From assembly GCF_033153115.1 (NCBI RefSeq), contig NW_026889750.1, forward strand, positions 992,001-1,056,000: a stretch of 64,000 nt of DNA, written 5' to 3'. The stretch is from Saccostrea echinata (taxonomy: Eukaryota). This document shows, piece after piece, positions 11,613 through 24,675 of this stretch. The notes under the pieces were generated by a model, which saw only the letters and a program-made list of their open reading frames with translations, did no database searches and had not been told where the DNA came from. The position numbers were made by a program, and so were the translations under genes. How positions within the stretch are numbered: the stretch's first letter is position 1; each line of letters begins with the position of its first letter.

Positions 11613-14278
11613 AAGAAAGAAAGAAGAAAAAACATCAATAGTTCTTTATCAATTATCTTTCAAAGCGAACCCACCCTCCTTTTAGGGACTCCTAAGGGAC
11701 TTATCTAATTCTAGTTTGAATTAATTTCAACTTGACCCAGGGATGAATTCAGCATTGCCAGATTAGATTTATATTATTTACGTGACTGAGCACAGATCCA
11801 TGTTAGTTTTTTCTCTTTCCTTAGTGGGACAGATATGACAACTTTATGGTGGTTTCTTTAATGATCATACTCACTAATCAGTCAAATGAAAATAAGATAT
11901 AAAGCATAGAGAAGTAATTACGATTTGTTTTGCATATCAACTATGATTAATTTTGCATCAGTTTCATATTCCCCGTAGAAAACTTAATCAGAGACATTTG
12001 AGAGAATAAAGTGCTTCGTGGTGACATGTTTTGTGAGAAATGTAACCAGGATATTATTATGTGATTTTGAGAACTCTATCAATCTTTATTACTCTCTGAA
12101 ATGTTCTGTGTTTTGTTTGTTTGTTTTATTTTGTTTTGTTTTTTTTGCTTAAAATCATATTGTATTCTTACATTAAGTCAGACGAATTACATCATCTTTA
12201 TAATGTCTGTAAAAATCCTAGTGTACCAAATTCTGCACTGCAGTTCTAAAGAAAAGGAGCAACTAACGTGTAAATGTTACTGTTCTAAAGAAAAGTTTCT
12301 CCAACACGTCATATAATGACATTTCAATTGATTTACAAGAGGAAAATAGATCCAAGATAATAATTATGTTTCACCTGCATGGTAGATACAAGTTAATAAG
12401 ACAGACGTTCAAAGAGCCAGGCCATAATCAAAACAAAGTCAAGACTTCGTCCGTGTCCTCAAACACTCCCACGTTCTTTCCAGAGGATCAGAGAAATATG
12501 TGATAAGGGTTTTTTTTCAACTCTTTTAAGACATTAACTTCTCTCTAAACTAGACCTTTAACAACTCTTGACATTAGAGCGGTAAAATATGTAAAGATAT
12601 GCAAGCCAAACACATAGATAATCGTTCTATTTCACACTTCAGTATTCAAAGGAACTAAAATGTGTTCACATTCAATTGACCTTCATGAATGTACAAAGAG
12701 CTTAAATAAAAATAAGATTTTTTAAAACTTAATTTCTGTCATTGACATTTTGCAGACGGTGTACTATGCTTAAAAAATGACGATATTGGGTACCGCAAGG
12801 GGAACATCTACTTCTGCAATGACCCGGATCTCAGCGAGTGTTGTGAGATGGATAGTCAATTCACTTGTTGTGAACCCAATTACGTCAAAAATACGTAAGA
12901 ACAATGAGATATCGTTTACCTTTTGATGGATGAACACAATATGTTTTTCTGCCCCACATGCATCCTGAGTCACGATTTGGTCTAACTTACATGTATATAT
13001 CTTGTATTATTATTATATGTTTTAAAAATTCCTAGCTTTCTGATTGGCTGAGATCCAACATTGTAGCAAAAAATACTACGTTATATTCACCTGCACGTGA
13101 CCTTCAAGGTGAATATTAAAATTCATTCTTAAAATTATTTCTTCTACATTAGACTAAAAAGATTAAGAACTTCTAAATTAGGTGTAAAAAGATATTTTAC
13201 CTGCACCCGACTTCCACTCAGATGAACGTCGGGCACTAAGTATTGGAGAGGGGCTGTTACCCCACTTTTTAAACCAAAATTTTTATTTTTACAGTAGTAT
13301 AAAAATGTTCACTGAAAAGCCGTCCCTGTCCTTTTTTGATCCTGTATATAGTCAAATCCCTTCTATGTTCATTGGCTCTAACTCCCCACCCCCTAAATAA
13401 GATTTTGGAGTTTTGAGAAATCTCTTTTTTGGTCAGTCAAAGATTTTTTCAAGTTGTCGCCCCCCCCCCCCCCCTCCAAGTGTGTTCTTACATTTTGTAT
13501 TATTACATTCTGCGTCGACCTTGAGATATGTAATTATCCAAAAAGGATTCCATTTTGTGTTATTACATTCTGTGTTGATCTCGACACTAAATGATAGAAC
13601 TTAAGTTTATCACATTTTGCGTTGTTATCGCATTTTGCGTTGTATCAGAGCTAAAAAGTCTAATAGGCTGAATTCAGTCTCAATACTTAAAATCCAGTTA
13701 AAATAAGGAACACAATTGGACTTACAATAATCAGTTCAGGCAAGCCTTCTGTAAGCATCTCACTAATGTTCAAAGTGACTGAATTAAAGCAAATTCACGG
13801 TACTTATTTCACCTTGTGAAACATAAAGTAATCTATTATTTTCTCTTTTAATACAGGCGAGAGCAAATCAAGTTATGGTGCAGTGTGTGTCTCTTTCTCC
13901 TGATTATAGTAGCTGTGTACATGTGTTTACACAGAGATGTGCAGTGGATATCTAGTCAGACTGTACAAGAAAGCTTAGGGCTTCGAAACAGGTACCCTTT
14001 ATAATATATGTATAAATAAAGGCTACTCTCTGACCATTCTGTTCATAAATGTTAATATGTGTAAATCTACATACATTGAAACAGGCACCGTGTAAAGGAT
14101 GTTTATTTGATTCAAGTGAAAATTTTATCCAATTTTGATAGACTAATTTACAGATGGGTGAAAAAAATTTCATGAATCTACTGAATTATGATGCCTAGTG
14201 GAATTTAGGTTTCGTTAATATTTCAGATGTGAAGATGGACCCTCCACTTCCCGGACTCAGTCCAGTAAAAACACTTGA
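9736..14278 (+). CDS. Shisa-like / STMC6-type small single-pass membrane protein (125 aa, 4 exons)
   Basis: Exons 9736..9787 (MFAFLVVWVFWMLFKVG, signal peptide), 12756..12894 (DGVLCLKNDDIGYRKGNIYFCNDPDLSECCEMDSQFTCCEPNYVKNT), 13857..13991 (TM LWCSVCLFLLIIVAVYMCL) and 14227..14278 (stop). All introns are GT-AG with consistent phases (1,2,2). The Cys pattern is C*C*CC*CC. AATAAA signals lie at about 14309-14390. Confidence 0.8.
10525..11440 (-). mobile_element. 3' fragment of a Penelope-like retroelement (same family as 34095..35040), interrupted by a MITE
   Basis: Reverse complement of the 3' end seen at 34670..35040, including CAGAGGTGGGATCAGGTGCTTAGGAGGAGTAAGCATCCCCT. Homology resumes at 11380..11440 after the inserted MITE. 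Confidence 0.8.
10813..11375. mobile_element. Non-autonomous TIR element with TTAA target-site duplication (Kolobok-like)
   Basis: TIRs AGGGGCCTTGACACAG / CTGTGTCCAGGCCCCT. TTAA at 10809..10812 and 11376..11379. Nested in the retroelement fragment. Confidence 0.85.
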
Positions 14279-15057
14279 AAATTAGTTTTGTTGTTTTTAT
14301 TTTGCATTAAATAAAAAACATTTGTTTACTTATTTTTTTTAAAAAAAATCTCCCTCTGGTTGTATATCTAAAAATACATAATAAATAAAATAAATGCTTC
14401 TAGAAAAAATTCACATACAAATGACACTGACAAGATGATGCAACCATTTATATTTGAAAGCCCTTAACCAAATATATCATCAGTAGTACATGTGTTACCT
14501 CATTTTAAATATATAATTACATCAAAATAAAAAAGGCCTAATAAACTGAAATGAGAAAAAACAACTTTAGTTACTGATAAGCTGTAAAAAGACTAGAAAT
14601 TAAAACAAGCTGTTAACATTTTTTGATACAACAATTCTGAGTTTATACAATAATGTGAAGCTATATTGCAGTAACCATAAAGAAAATAATTTTATTTCTT
14701 AGAAATTAAAAAAAATTCTCTTAACTATTCATAATGAAGTGAAAAATTTTGCTGTACATGTATTAAAAAACCCCAACTCAATATGATATTCATGCATGTT
14801 GTATTATTTCACTTCATATAAACCAAGAAATAGCATTTATTCATGAATTTCATTCACTCAACCTAACACTACAAAGAGTTGTTGAACTTCATACATCTAC
14901 TTCCATGGATACTTTTGCACACAAAAGAGACAGGAGAAAAGTTTTTTAATGAAAATTACTTATATTCATTGCTAGTTAGACTTGCTGCTCTGTGGTACTG
15001 ACACATTTTGATTATTTAATTTGAGTAAAATGTTCCTAGTTTTTCAATATTCACCTC

Positions 15058-18000
15058 TTAGTCCACTGATAAATATTTTAGGGCCTTCAAACCATATTTT
15101 CTAGATAAATCTCGCTGGTATTCTCCTTTCAGTGTTTTGAGACAACTGCAATAAAAGAATTATGAATTTTTAAATAAGGCAGAAAATCTGGGATAAATAC
15201 AGGGGTTGAAATATACAGTAGCCCGACGCCTGGGGCTAGTCATTTTAAGATTTGGGCTAGCTAGTTTAAATGTAATGACAGTCCATCGAACTAGCAGAAC
15301 AGAAAAAAAAATCTCGTCAGTCTTCTTTCACTTTTTTATGCTGACTGGTTTATTTTGACTGAGAACTAATTTAATTTGTTTGTCACCAAAGCCTTTGAAA
15401 CTTTAATTTGTTATGTTTTCATTTTGCATAAAAAAAAATTGTTGGGCTAGTTAGTTTAAGGCTTGGGCTAGCAATTTTTTACTGATCAGTAGCCCCTGGG
15501 CTAGTGGATTCTCCAGGAAAATTTCAACACCTGAAATATTAAGATTAAAGTAGACCACAGAGTGTAACGTACATTTCATTTTCTGATGGATCAAATTTTT
15601 ATTTTATCATACAGATTGTGTGTTTTCTATCCAAAGTCTTTGGTGAGGTGATAGAAAGAACACATTGGATAAATATATCCAATCACAAAACATGGGAGAT
15701 TCTTTACAATATCACATGTATTTCCCTACATTTAAATTTAATGATTTTATTCATTTACCTCCCTTTCCACAGAACAAGGTAAACAACAATATCGCACCAT
15801 TTAAAATAGTATGTGTACTTATTGAAAATAAAACAAAAATGCCCTTCTTTAGTAATAGTATTATTTCATTGATTTTTAATAAATGAAATTATTAGGAATT
15901 CTACCTCAATCTTTTATTTTTAAAATGCAAAGTATCTAGTTTACACTGATATCACAAGGTGTTGAAGTACAAAAAGATGGATCCAACGAAATTTTTTCCA
16001 GTGACTGATATTCACAAGTTAAGGGGTAACAGGTGATAATACATGTACATGTATATTTTTAAAATTATATAGATAAACTGTTTAAAAAATCAGCATAATA
16101 AAGATAAATTACTACTTACTTTCTATAGACTTGACTGTTGCGGAACTTTGTGATCTCCAAACTTGGTGCATGAGGCATATGGATCATGAAGGCATTTGGC
16201 AAGACAACATACTTATATCTGAAACAATATCACACAAGACAACATACAATGTACTTATATCAGAAACAATAACACGAAAGACAACATACTTGAAACAATA
16301 TAACAAGGATAGTCTAACAACATTTAAACATAATAAAAAAAAATCTCAAAAGGGATAAAAAAAAATCAATAATTCGTACTCTAATAAATCAAGGAGCATA
16401 GCATGGGAGACTTTGTTCCAACCAAAGCCGACAAATCGCTGGTCAAATTGGGGAACTCCCTTTTTCACAACAATGTATGGCTCATAATCCTGCTCCCAAT
16501 TCACCTGTAAACACAAAATATCTGTAATGTATACAGAATTACCCAGTGCATAAGCTACATGTACAAAATTCTTTGTATAATTGGAATATTGAAAAAATTG
16601 TTGCAATTTACAATCCTGTTACTCATGCATAAATGAAATATAATATTGATATTGAAGTAAAATTTCATAATAAATTAGTACTGTTTCAAAACTGTCAAGT
16701 ATGTATATCAAGAAATTTTCAAGGGTTCAAAGAGAATTAAAAGGCTATGTTAGGTTTTAAAAGAGAAGGTTTTATATGTACAATGCTGCAGTGAGATAAA
16801 TGCACTTTGACTGAGCCACAAAATATGAAATTTGTGAAAAATACTCACAGTGTACATTGTAGTGGCTGTCCGCCAAACTGTGTAGTTTGTGGGAAGGTGC
16901 CCTTGGGGCCACACATCATATCTAAAATTTATAAAATCTGCGTAGTATTTTCGGAAAATATCCAATCTAATGCAACTCTCTATCAAATAAAATTGATCAT
17001 AATGAAGAAATATAATGCTTACATTCACAACAGTTGTGCTTTTTAACTTGTCAATATTCTGAAGCAATATTGTACCATTGTAAGTTTTCTATGACTGTTT
17101 TAATACCTGAAGGTGAATATTTCCCCACTATCAAGCTTTTTTAGGAGTTCGTCTTTTGTAGATGGGAACTCAAATCTGTATCTTGGGGTTTCAAAAGCTG
17201 GTACAACCAAAGCCTAAAAAATGTTTAACACAAAGTTCAAAATTGATATTTGCTGAAAAGTTTGAATTAACTTTAATCAAGAACATAGTATTTCATTCTC
17301 ATCTACAGCAGTAGAAAAGTATTTAACACTTTAACTGTACTTTTTTATTTTTTTAAAAATTTTACTAGACACACCTTTTTTTCTTTCTCCATGTCAATCC
17401 TTGATACAACACTCTTTAGATGATTATACAGGTCATACATAGGTAAAAAGTCAATATCCGTCAAAAACAGGTGAGACGTCTGGCTCTGGTTAATTGCAAC
17501 ATTACGCAAATAGTTCACAGGATAGAATTGCTGAAATCAAATACCAATTTTTATTATTATCGGTACAGAAAATTACAGAAGAATGATCAAGACATTAGAG
17601 GATTACCTTTTGTATCAAAATGTCTCGAACACTTTAGCTTAAGTTTGATTTTACTAACCCCATCTTTGTAGACAATATGGTAGCCAATATTTTTCCTCTT
17701 CATGAGTATTTCCGAGTCCTGGGCGTACCTCAGGAACTGCTGGGCTTCCGCATCAGACATGTACAGGGCAAGGCTGATAGGACCCTCCCAGTGCTTGCAA
17801 ATAAGCTCCAACATCTGGAGCCGGTCCATACTGAGCTGTGCCACTAGAGTAACATCATACTCTGTGGGGGTGTAGTCATAATCCAGATAGTACAGGTGTG
17901 TACGGTGGACCAAAGTACGCTCACGACGGAAATCATAGCACTCGTCATCCTCACTTAAAGTGTTTGACTTAAAAAGATCACAAACAATACATGTGTATGA

Positions 18001-21000
18001 TCAGACAGATTCATTTGAGAGGCTACTTGGGTAATGAATGTAATTCTTTAAGAATTAAGAACAGAATAACTTACAAAGGGAAATAACTTTAGTTATTCAT
18101 GTACACTGTTAATGAAAATTTCCATATACCTCTTCATTTGTGGGTGTGACCTCCTCAGACTTTTCACATCCAAACAACTCCCTCCGAAGCAAGTTTGCAT
18201 CATACTCCAAAAAAGTCAGGTGCAAATTTCTGAAATATTCTACATGCTTGTTTTTAACCTTAAACTTCTTGGGGGAATTCCAGTGAATAATCTACAATGA
18301 AAGTTGAATGAAAATTAATTAGAGGAATTGTCAGAGAAGTCTGGTAGGAAAGTACATGTAATACTTTGTATCACTGGAATTTCTGTTAAAGACTAGTGCC
18401 ATGACGAGAAAAAAAACCCAAACGTTTCCTCCCTCAAATAAATATTAATTCATGCAGATACAAGTAACATTGAAATATGAAATAATCTCCAAATATCTGT
18501 TTTATTGTTTTACACTTAAGAAAAACTTCAATTATTTTTTTCTGCTTGTATTTGACCTTAGTCTTATTGCAACACTGTTCTGTCCTTCAGTATATTTACC
18601 TTAAGTTTCTCCATCTGACTGTAACCCTGTTTTATCTTTCAGTATACATACCTTTAGTTTCTCCACCCTCTCAATCAGTATATTTACCTTCAGTTTCTCC
18701 ACCTGATTGTAACACTGTTCTCTCCTTCAGTATATTTACCTATAATTCTCCACCTGACTTTCACTCCTTTCTCTCCTTCAGTACTTTTACCTTCAGTTTC
18801 TCCACCTGATTGTAACACTGTTCTCACTTTCAGTACATTTACCTTCAGTTTCTCCACCTGATTGTAACACTATTCTCTCCTTCAGTATATTTACCTATAA
18901 TTCTCCACCCGACTTTCACTCCTTTCTCTCATTCAGTATGTTTACCTTAGTTTCTCCACCTGATTGTAACACTGTTCTCTCCTTCAGTATATTTACCTAT
19001 AATTCATCACCTGACTTTCACTTCTTTCTCTCATTCAGTATGTTTACCTTCAGTTTCTCCACCTGATTGTAATACTGTTCTCTCATTCAGTACGTTTACC
19101 TTTAGTTTCTCCACCTGACTTTCACTCTTTCTCTCCCTCAGTACTTTTACCTTCAGTTTCTCCACCTGACTGTAACACTGTTTTATCTTTAGTACATATA
19201 CCTTCAGTTTCTCCACCTGATTGTAACACTGTTCACTCTTGGTGTTATCAGACAGTTGTACATTCCACTGACAGGGCAAGTGATACACAAAATAGGGATG
19301 CTCCTTCAGCACTGCATTAAAAATGTCCTGTAACAAACAACCTCTAACATAACATCTACAACGAACATACTTAACAACTGCCTATTAATTGATAAATCAA
19401 ATTCTGCGTTCGATCTTAAACCTTACTTGATCTGCTAGTTGTGTGTATTGCATGGTCTCCAGTTCTTTGACGGTGATTTTCCTCCACATTTCCATCCAGT
19501 TCATCTCTCTCAGTATCCCCAGATTCATCAGAATGACACCAGTGTTAAAACCATGACCCTTCCAAAAATCGGGAATCAATTAATAACATTGTGTAACATG
19601 CACTGAATGAATTGACTTGTACAGAATTACACACACACACCAGGGCTGGCCAGGGAATGTGGTTCTTCCAGATTTTTCCTAAGTACCAGTCACTCTGATT
19701 CTCCACCAGACCAAGCACCTGTAGACAGAGATGAAAATTATCACTTGTTATCAAAACACACAACAATGAACACTCTATGCTTACAAAATTGAAATGTCGA
19801 CTCATATTAAAGGTAATTTGGAAGATAGCTGATTTTAAGCTTCGTAGCATTTCCTAGTTCTGTTACCTTTGTTCCTGTTAGGAAACTAAACATTTTCCAC
19901 AGTTCTGCTATATCAGTAGCAAAGCTTACATCTGTATCCAGGACAATTACCTACAAAAAGCAACTCATTACTTAAAAGCCTTAAACAAGTATGCCCAATG
20001 AAATTAAGATCTCATATAGTTTAAAGCTTTAAGTTTACATTTGCTTCAAGATTTGCATTTTATTGTTCAAATTTGATGGACCATATCCTTAGAATACAGA
20101 CCTTCTCCAATGAGGCTGGTAGAATTTTTGGCAAGACCAATTTAAGCAACCCATATATACCAGAATAATGTTTGTTTGGAATCCATTCTATATCTTCCTG
20201 TCAAATGAAAAAAAAAACAAACAAAAAATTGAATTTACAGGCAATTTTGTATATGCAAGGATTTATTTGTAAAGGCAATTTGTATATAAAGTTCTTCTAA
20301 AAATGAACTTTTACCCTATTCATATTTGTCTGCAAGAGAGAAAAGGTACTGCATACAGGGAATATTTTGCCCCTTTTGCCCTGCAAATGGGCAAATTTAA
20401 AACAAGGCAAATTCAAAGAAGACATTATCTCTTAAATTCAAATGTGTCTAGGCAAATTTAAAATGGGGCAAAATTGTTTGCACGTACGAAAGGACGAAAA
20501 TATCACAGGTGAAAATAACTCTGTATACAGTGTTTGTGCAGATGGAAATAAATACTTTCTTACCTTGACTTTATCCGCATGATAGAAGCTTATTTTTACT
20601 GAAATAAATAAAAGAAATGCAAAATAATGATAAAATTTAAGGTAAAAAAAAAATGTAAAATTCACAAAATTTTTCAGACAAACCCACAGGAGCTAAGCCC
20701 AATTTAATAATTAAAATCAAATATACAATAATAAAAGAGTATGTCTGACGTACATGGCTCTTGGTAAGAAAACTGGCTTAGCATCTGTGGACAGACCAAT
20801 TCTACAAACCATCAGGGACACTCCAGGTGTCAAAAAGGTAATTCAGGATAACTTGTGCTGTTGTGTCGGATATGAAGTGGAAATGTAGTGGATTTTTACG
20901 ATAGAACAGAACACTTTTGATCAGAGTCACGACATCTCTTGTTGACTTATGACCAGAGCACACAATAGCTACATGGATTTCCTGCATAATAAAGAAACAC

Positions 21001-24000
21001 ATATACATTTTTGTACACTGATTCAGATTTGAATAAAAGCTTAGCAAAATTATACACTTAAAGATTCGATTACCAGTGTACATATATGCCTTCAGGTTAT
21101 ATTTTTAATAAATCACAAAGTTTTATATGTTATAAAGTAGCGTGCTGAATTTCAAACACAAATCAGGATGTGAAGTTAAAAAGGTTTAGGCTATTGGATT
21201 CCTTTTTTTTTTTCCAAATTACGAAAATATTTCATACACTGAAATAACACTGCATTTCTAAGCATGTTGAAAATTTAGATTCTGTTATATACTGTACATG
21301 TATATGTAATATTGGTTTATATAAAATGATATCGCAGAAGTGCTGATTAATCTAAGTCTTCAAAAACCTTATTGAAGGCCCCACACTGTGTATAAGATAT
21401 TAAAAATTAAAGTGAATCTCTCACAAAAACATAAAAATTAAAATACATTCATGTACGTGAGTTGTCAGGTAAAATCGTGGACAAGTTGACTTTTCAAAAA
21501 CTTACATAACCCCCACTTAAGTTCAAGAATTTCACTCATGTATACACTAGAATTCCTCTTTATCCATCCATAAACAGGCGAGAGATCAATCTTGAACACA
21601 CATGGCACCTTTTGGAGATTTGTATTTGTAAGTTATGGTCATTATTCTCCTTACATTCACTAAATACTTCACTTTTTTTGCTATAGCCTGATGCTGTTTA
21701 TACAAATGTTAGTTCTACCTGGGGACTCGGTGAAAAAGCTTCAGCTTAAAAAAAACCCCATTCCACATGTATTCTAAAGATATAGTGATATTTTTATATT
21801 TTTTGTTATCTTCTGTTCTCAATTAAAGTCTGTAAAGGTTCTAACCTCAGTGTTTTCCCTAAGAACCGGCTACCTGCCAAACTGACCACTTCAACTGATA
21901 GAAATGCCGCTTAGAAATCAAAAATTTAAAAAAAAAATTGATGTAAGGTCCACAGAGATTTTGTTGATAAACATCAACCCTTAGCCTGTTTCAACTGATC
22001 TCTAACCTTTACTTTGAAATAAAGGGAAAACACTGTAACCTTATCTATTTAGTACATTTATTTCGAAACAATACTTGCATATTCTCTGACCAAACCCTGA
22101 CTATTCAGTTGTGAGCCGTAGGACCATACCCTGTGCACATTCATGCATAATAAAAATCCTTATTTTTGTCTATATTTTATCAAAAAAATTAAGAAGTACT
22201 CAAATTTGATAAACAAAAGTTTGCTAAAACTTTCAGCTTTGTGCAAGCATGAATTTTTCCACAATTTTACCGGACAACCCTTGTATATTTAATGAACATC
22301 TGGTGAATGAGTACCTCACATTTCGGGACCTCCTGCTGAGAATCAACACAGTTTTTGGATGTTTTAGGACTTTGTTCATCTGCATTGAGTTCAAATGCTG
22401 TCAACTCGGTACGAGTCAAGCTGCAATATTGAATATCATAACAAATTAACATAGCAGTACCAGTATATTTTATTCTGTTTCAAACAATAGTACCAGCACT
22501 TTTAAACATCATGCAACAGTTACATGTATTAAAAATATAAAAAAAAAAATTGACTATTATGAGGTCAACACCATCATTTAGCTATCTTTAGAAGACAGTA
22601 TTCATCTAACCTAAAGCTTGAGGTAAATATTGTTTAAAATGAATAGCTACATTGTAAATAATATCAACATCAAAACAAAATTTTTTCAGTCCACTGATGC
22701 TTCATTTAATCAGCCAAATATTGCATTTGTTTATGTATGCTTTTTCATGCTTAAAAGAGAGTGCAATCATTGTAGCAATTATCTGAAAATTATAAATATT
22801 TTATTATTTTATCAAATACCATAATTGAATAAACTATCAACCATCTAGCTATTTAGTCAATCCATGAGTTTAATTTCCTTCTTCTCAAGTAACAACAATG
22901 TTTATTAATCAAAAAGCATTTATAATACCACATGAATACCAAAATCAAATTAAGAGCAAAAACCTTTCATTAACTAGCTATTGCTGTTGATGATGGTACA
23001 TGTAAGTCTAGATATGTAGATTTTAGTTCAAATCTTATTAAGGAGGTATAACATACCTCCCCTGAAAAATTCCTGTTGTTTAATTTTCTTTCCTTTTTCT
23101 TTATTTTATACATAACAATATCTACTATGTGTTTGCATATTTTAGACAAAATGGAATGTGTTGCATTTGGATAGGAAGTTCCAAAAAATTCTCCTTTGTG
23201 CTGTTAGCACGGAGAAGAAATTTTCAACCAACAGACTCTAAAATCCATGATCTTCTAAAAAAGCTAGATTAGCATACCGGTAGTTATTAATTTTTGTTGT
23301 TTCTTTCATTTGACCTTTTAAGGGCACAAATAATTTTATTTTGCTACATAAAGAAAGACGCAATTTAGAATACTAGTATTTTAAACTGAAAAACTATATG
23401 GTAAGCCAGAGCCTTGAAAAATGCCTGTTTTCTAATTCAAATATTTTTGGGAGAAAAAACTTTTTATTTTCATTTAATGTTGAAAAAATTGTAGCTGATT
23501 GCCAAAATAGTCTTAACAATTTTTGGATAATTATTTTTTAATGACCCATATTGAATTTACGACAGAAAATTATCCCCAATACCCTGTTCTTTCTAAATTG
23601 CATCTTGCATATATAACGATTTTAAGACTTTGGACAGAATTCATAATGCATTCAGAACTTTACAGTGCATTTTAATGTAGTTGTATAGGCAACTTCTGAA
23701 ATTATACCCCCCTCTTTCCTATCCTCTTTGCAACACAAGTCATGTTTAAGTCAGATTTTATTTCTGCAGACATATTGAGTCTATGTAGGCTCTGAAGTAC
23801 TTATACACTAATTCATGTACACAGAGAAATGAACCAACACCAAGTAGCAGGAAAATGGTCATTCAAGGATGCAGTTGCTGATAAATTTCCTAGAACTGAA
23901 ATCAGTTTTGTAATGATGACAGTAGCCAATCCTGCATATGTAGCTCTGAATGTATGATGACAATGAAAGATAATCCCATGTGTTGTACTTCCATAAGCCA

Positions 24001-24675
24001 AACTGAAAACCCAGATGATTCTTTTTACTGGACATCAGAAATCAAGCTAGCAATCAAATCCTCTTATTTTTATCAACCATCTGGATAAAAATGTTGGTAA
24101 AAAATTATGAATTAATTTGATGCTATACTTTTTCAGGGTGTATAGGTACTTCAGCCAATCTGAGTGCTGGCATTAAACTGTTCATTATTTAACTTCATAT
24201 CATATTTAGCATTGCTTAATTTGATTGATATCATTTTCAACCAACATATATACATTCCTTTCATGTATGTAAAAACATTACCTGAGTTGTTTTTTGAGGG
24301 CTCTGTTGTCATTGCTGAGCTCCCTGAGTTTACTGGCAAACTTGAGTTCCAACCTCTGGAACACTGCTTCATTAGCATACCCATCTGGAACAAGATATAA
24401 TGAATGTAATTGTTGAACAGATAAAACAATATACACTTAGTTAAATTAACGAACTTAAAAAAAGACAACAGAACTGAGAAAGGTAAATTGTTGTTGCACT
24501 ATATTCACATACCTATGGTACATGTACATTTACAGAGTGTACATCAAAACATTGAAAATAATTCAAAAGTACTATAATTACCATCTGAAGTGAGTGTTAG
24601 GTAGACTAAAATGAGAGTAGGAAAAGCCCCTGCAATCAGTAGTAGCACAAGTCCTTGTCTTGAGAGACGGATCAT
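15058..24675 (-). CDS. LARGE1: LARGE xylosyl- and glucuronyltransferase (bifunctional GT8 + GT49), 714 aa, 18 coding exons
   Basis: Exons 24582-24675, 24282-24384, 22315-22420, 20810-20981, 20564-20598, 20102-20197, 19867-19950, 19641-19718, 19427-19558, 19202-19327, 18130-18291, 17659-17967, 17375-17530, 17107-17213, 16849-16921, 16380-16504, 16120-16218, 15058-15145 (2145 nt, all GT-AG, phases consistent). A type II anchor ([16 protein letters not shown]...) and coiled coil are followed by [77 protein letters not shown] and [11 protein letters not shown]. Confidence 0.97.
15200..15533. mobile_element. MITE (CAGG... termini, hAT-like) in the last LARGE intron
   Basis: TIRs CAGGGGTTGAAAT / ATTTCAACACCTG. 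AAATA flanks both sides. GGGCTAG motifs recur internally. Confidence 0.7.
16200..16305 (-). repeat. Triplicated intron/exon (3' splice site) junction of LARGE exon 17
   Basis: Three copies of (tg)atattgtttc[a/t]g-ATATAAG-TATGTTGTCTT on the minus strand. Only the last copy has an intact CAG followed by the exon. Confidence 0.75.
18550..19233 (-). repeat. About 51-52-bp minisatellite (about 14 units) built from the LARGE exon 10 3' end plus 5' splice site
   Basis: Unit is AACAGTGTTACAATCAGGTGGAGAAACTGAAG|GTAAATATACTGAAGGAGAG. Exon-end positions are 19202, 19151, 19100, 19048, 18997, 18946, 18895, 18843, 18791, 18740, 18688, 18652, 18600 and 18557. Confidence 0.92.
20349..20530. mobile_element. 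Short degenerate MITE in a LARGE intron
   Basis: Imperfect TIRs CTGCATACAGGGAATATTTT / AAAATAACTCTGTATACAG. Internal GGCAAATTTAAAA repeats. Confidence 0.55.
21848..22035. mobile_element. MITE with 13-bp TIRs (hAT-like CAGTG termini)
   Basis: CAGTGTTTTCCCT / AGGGAAAACACTG. TAACCT directly flanks both ends. Confidence 0.75.
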
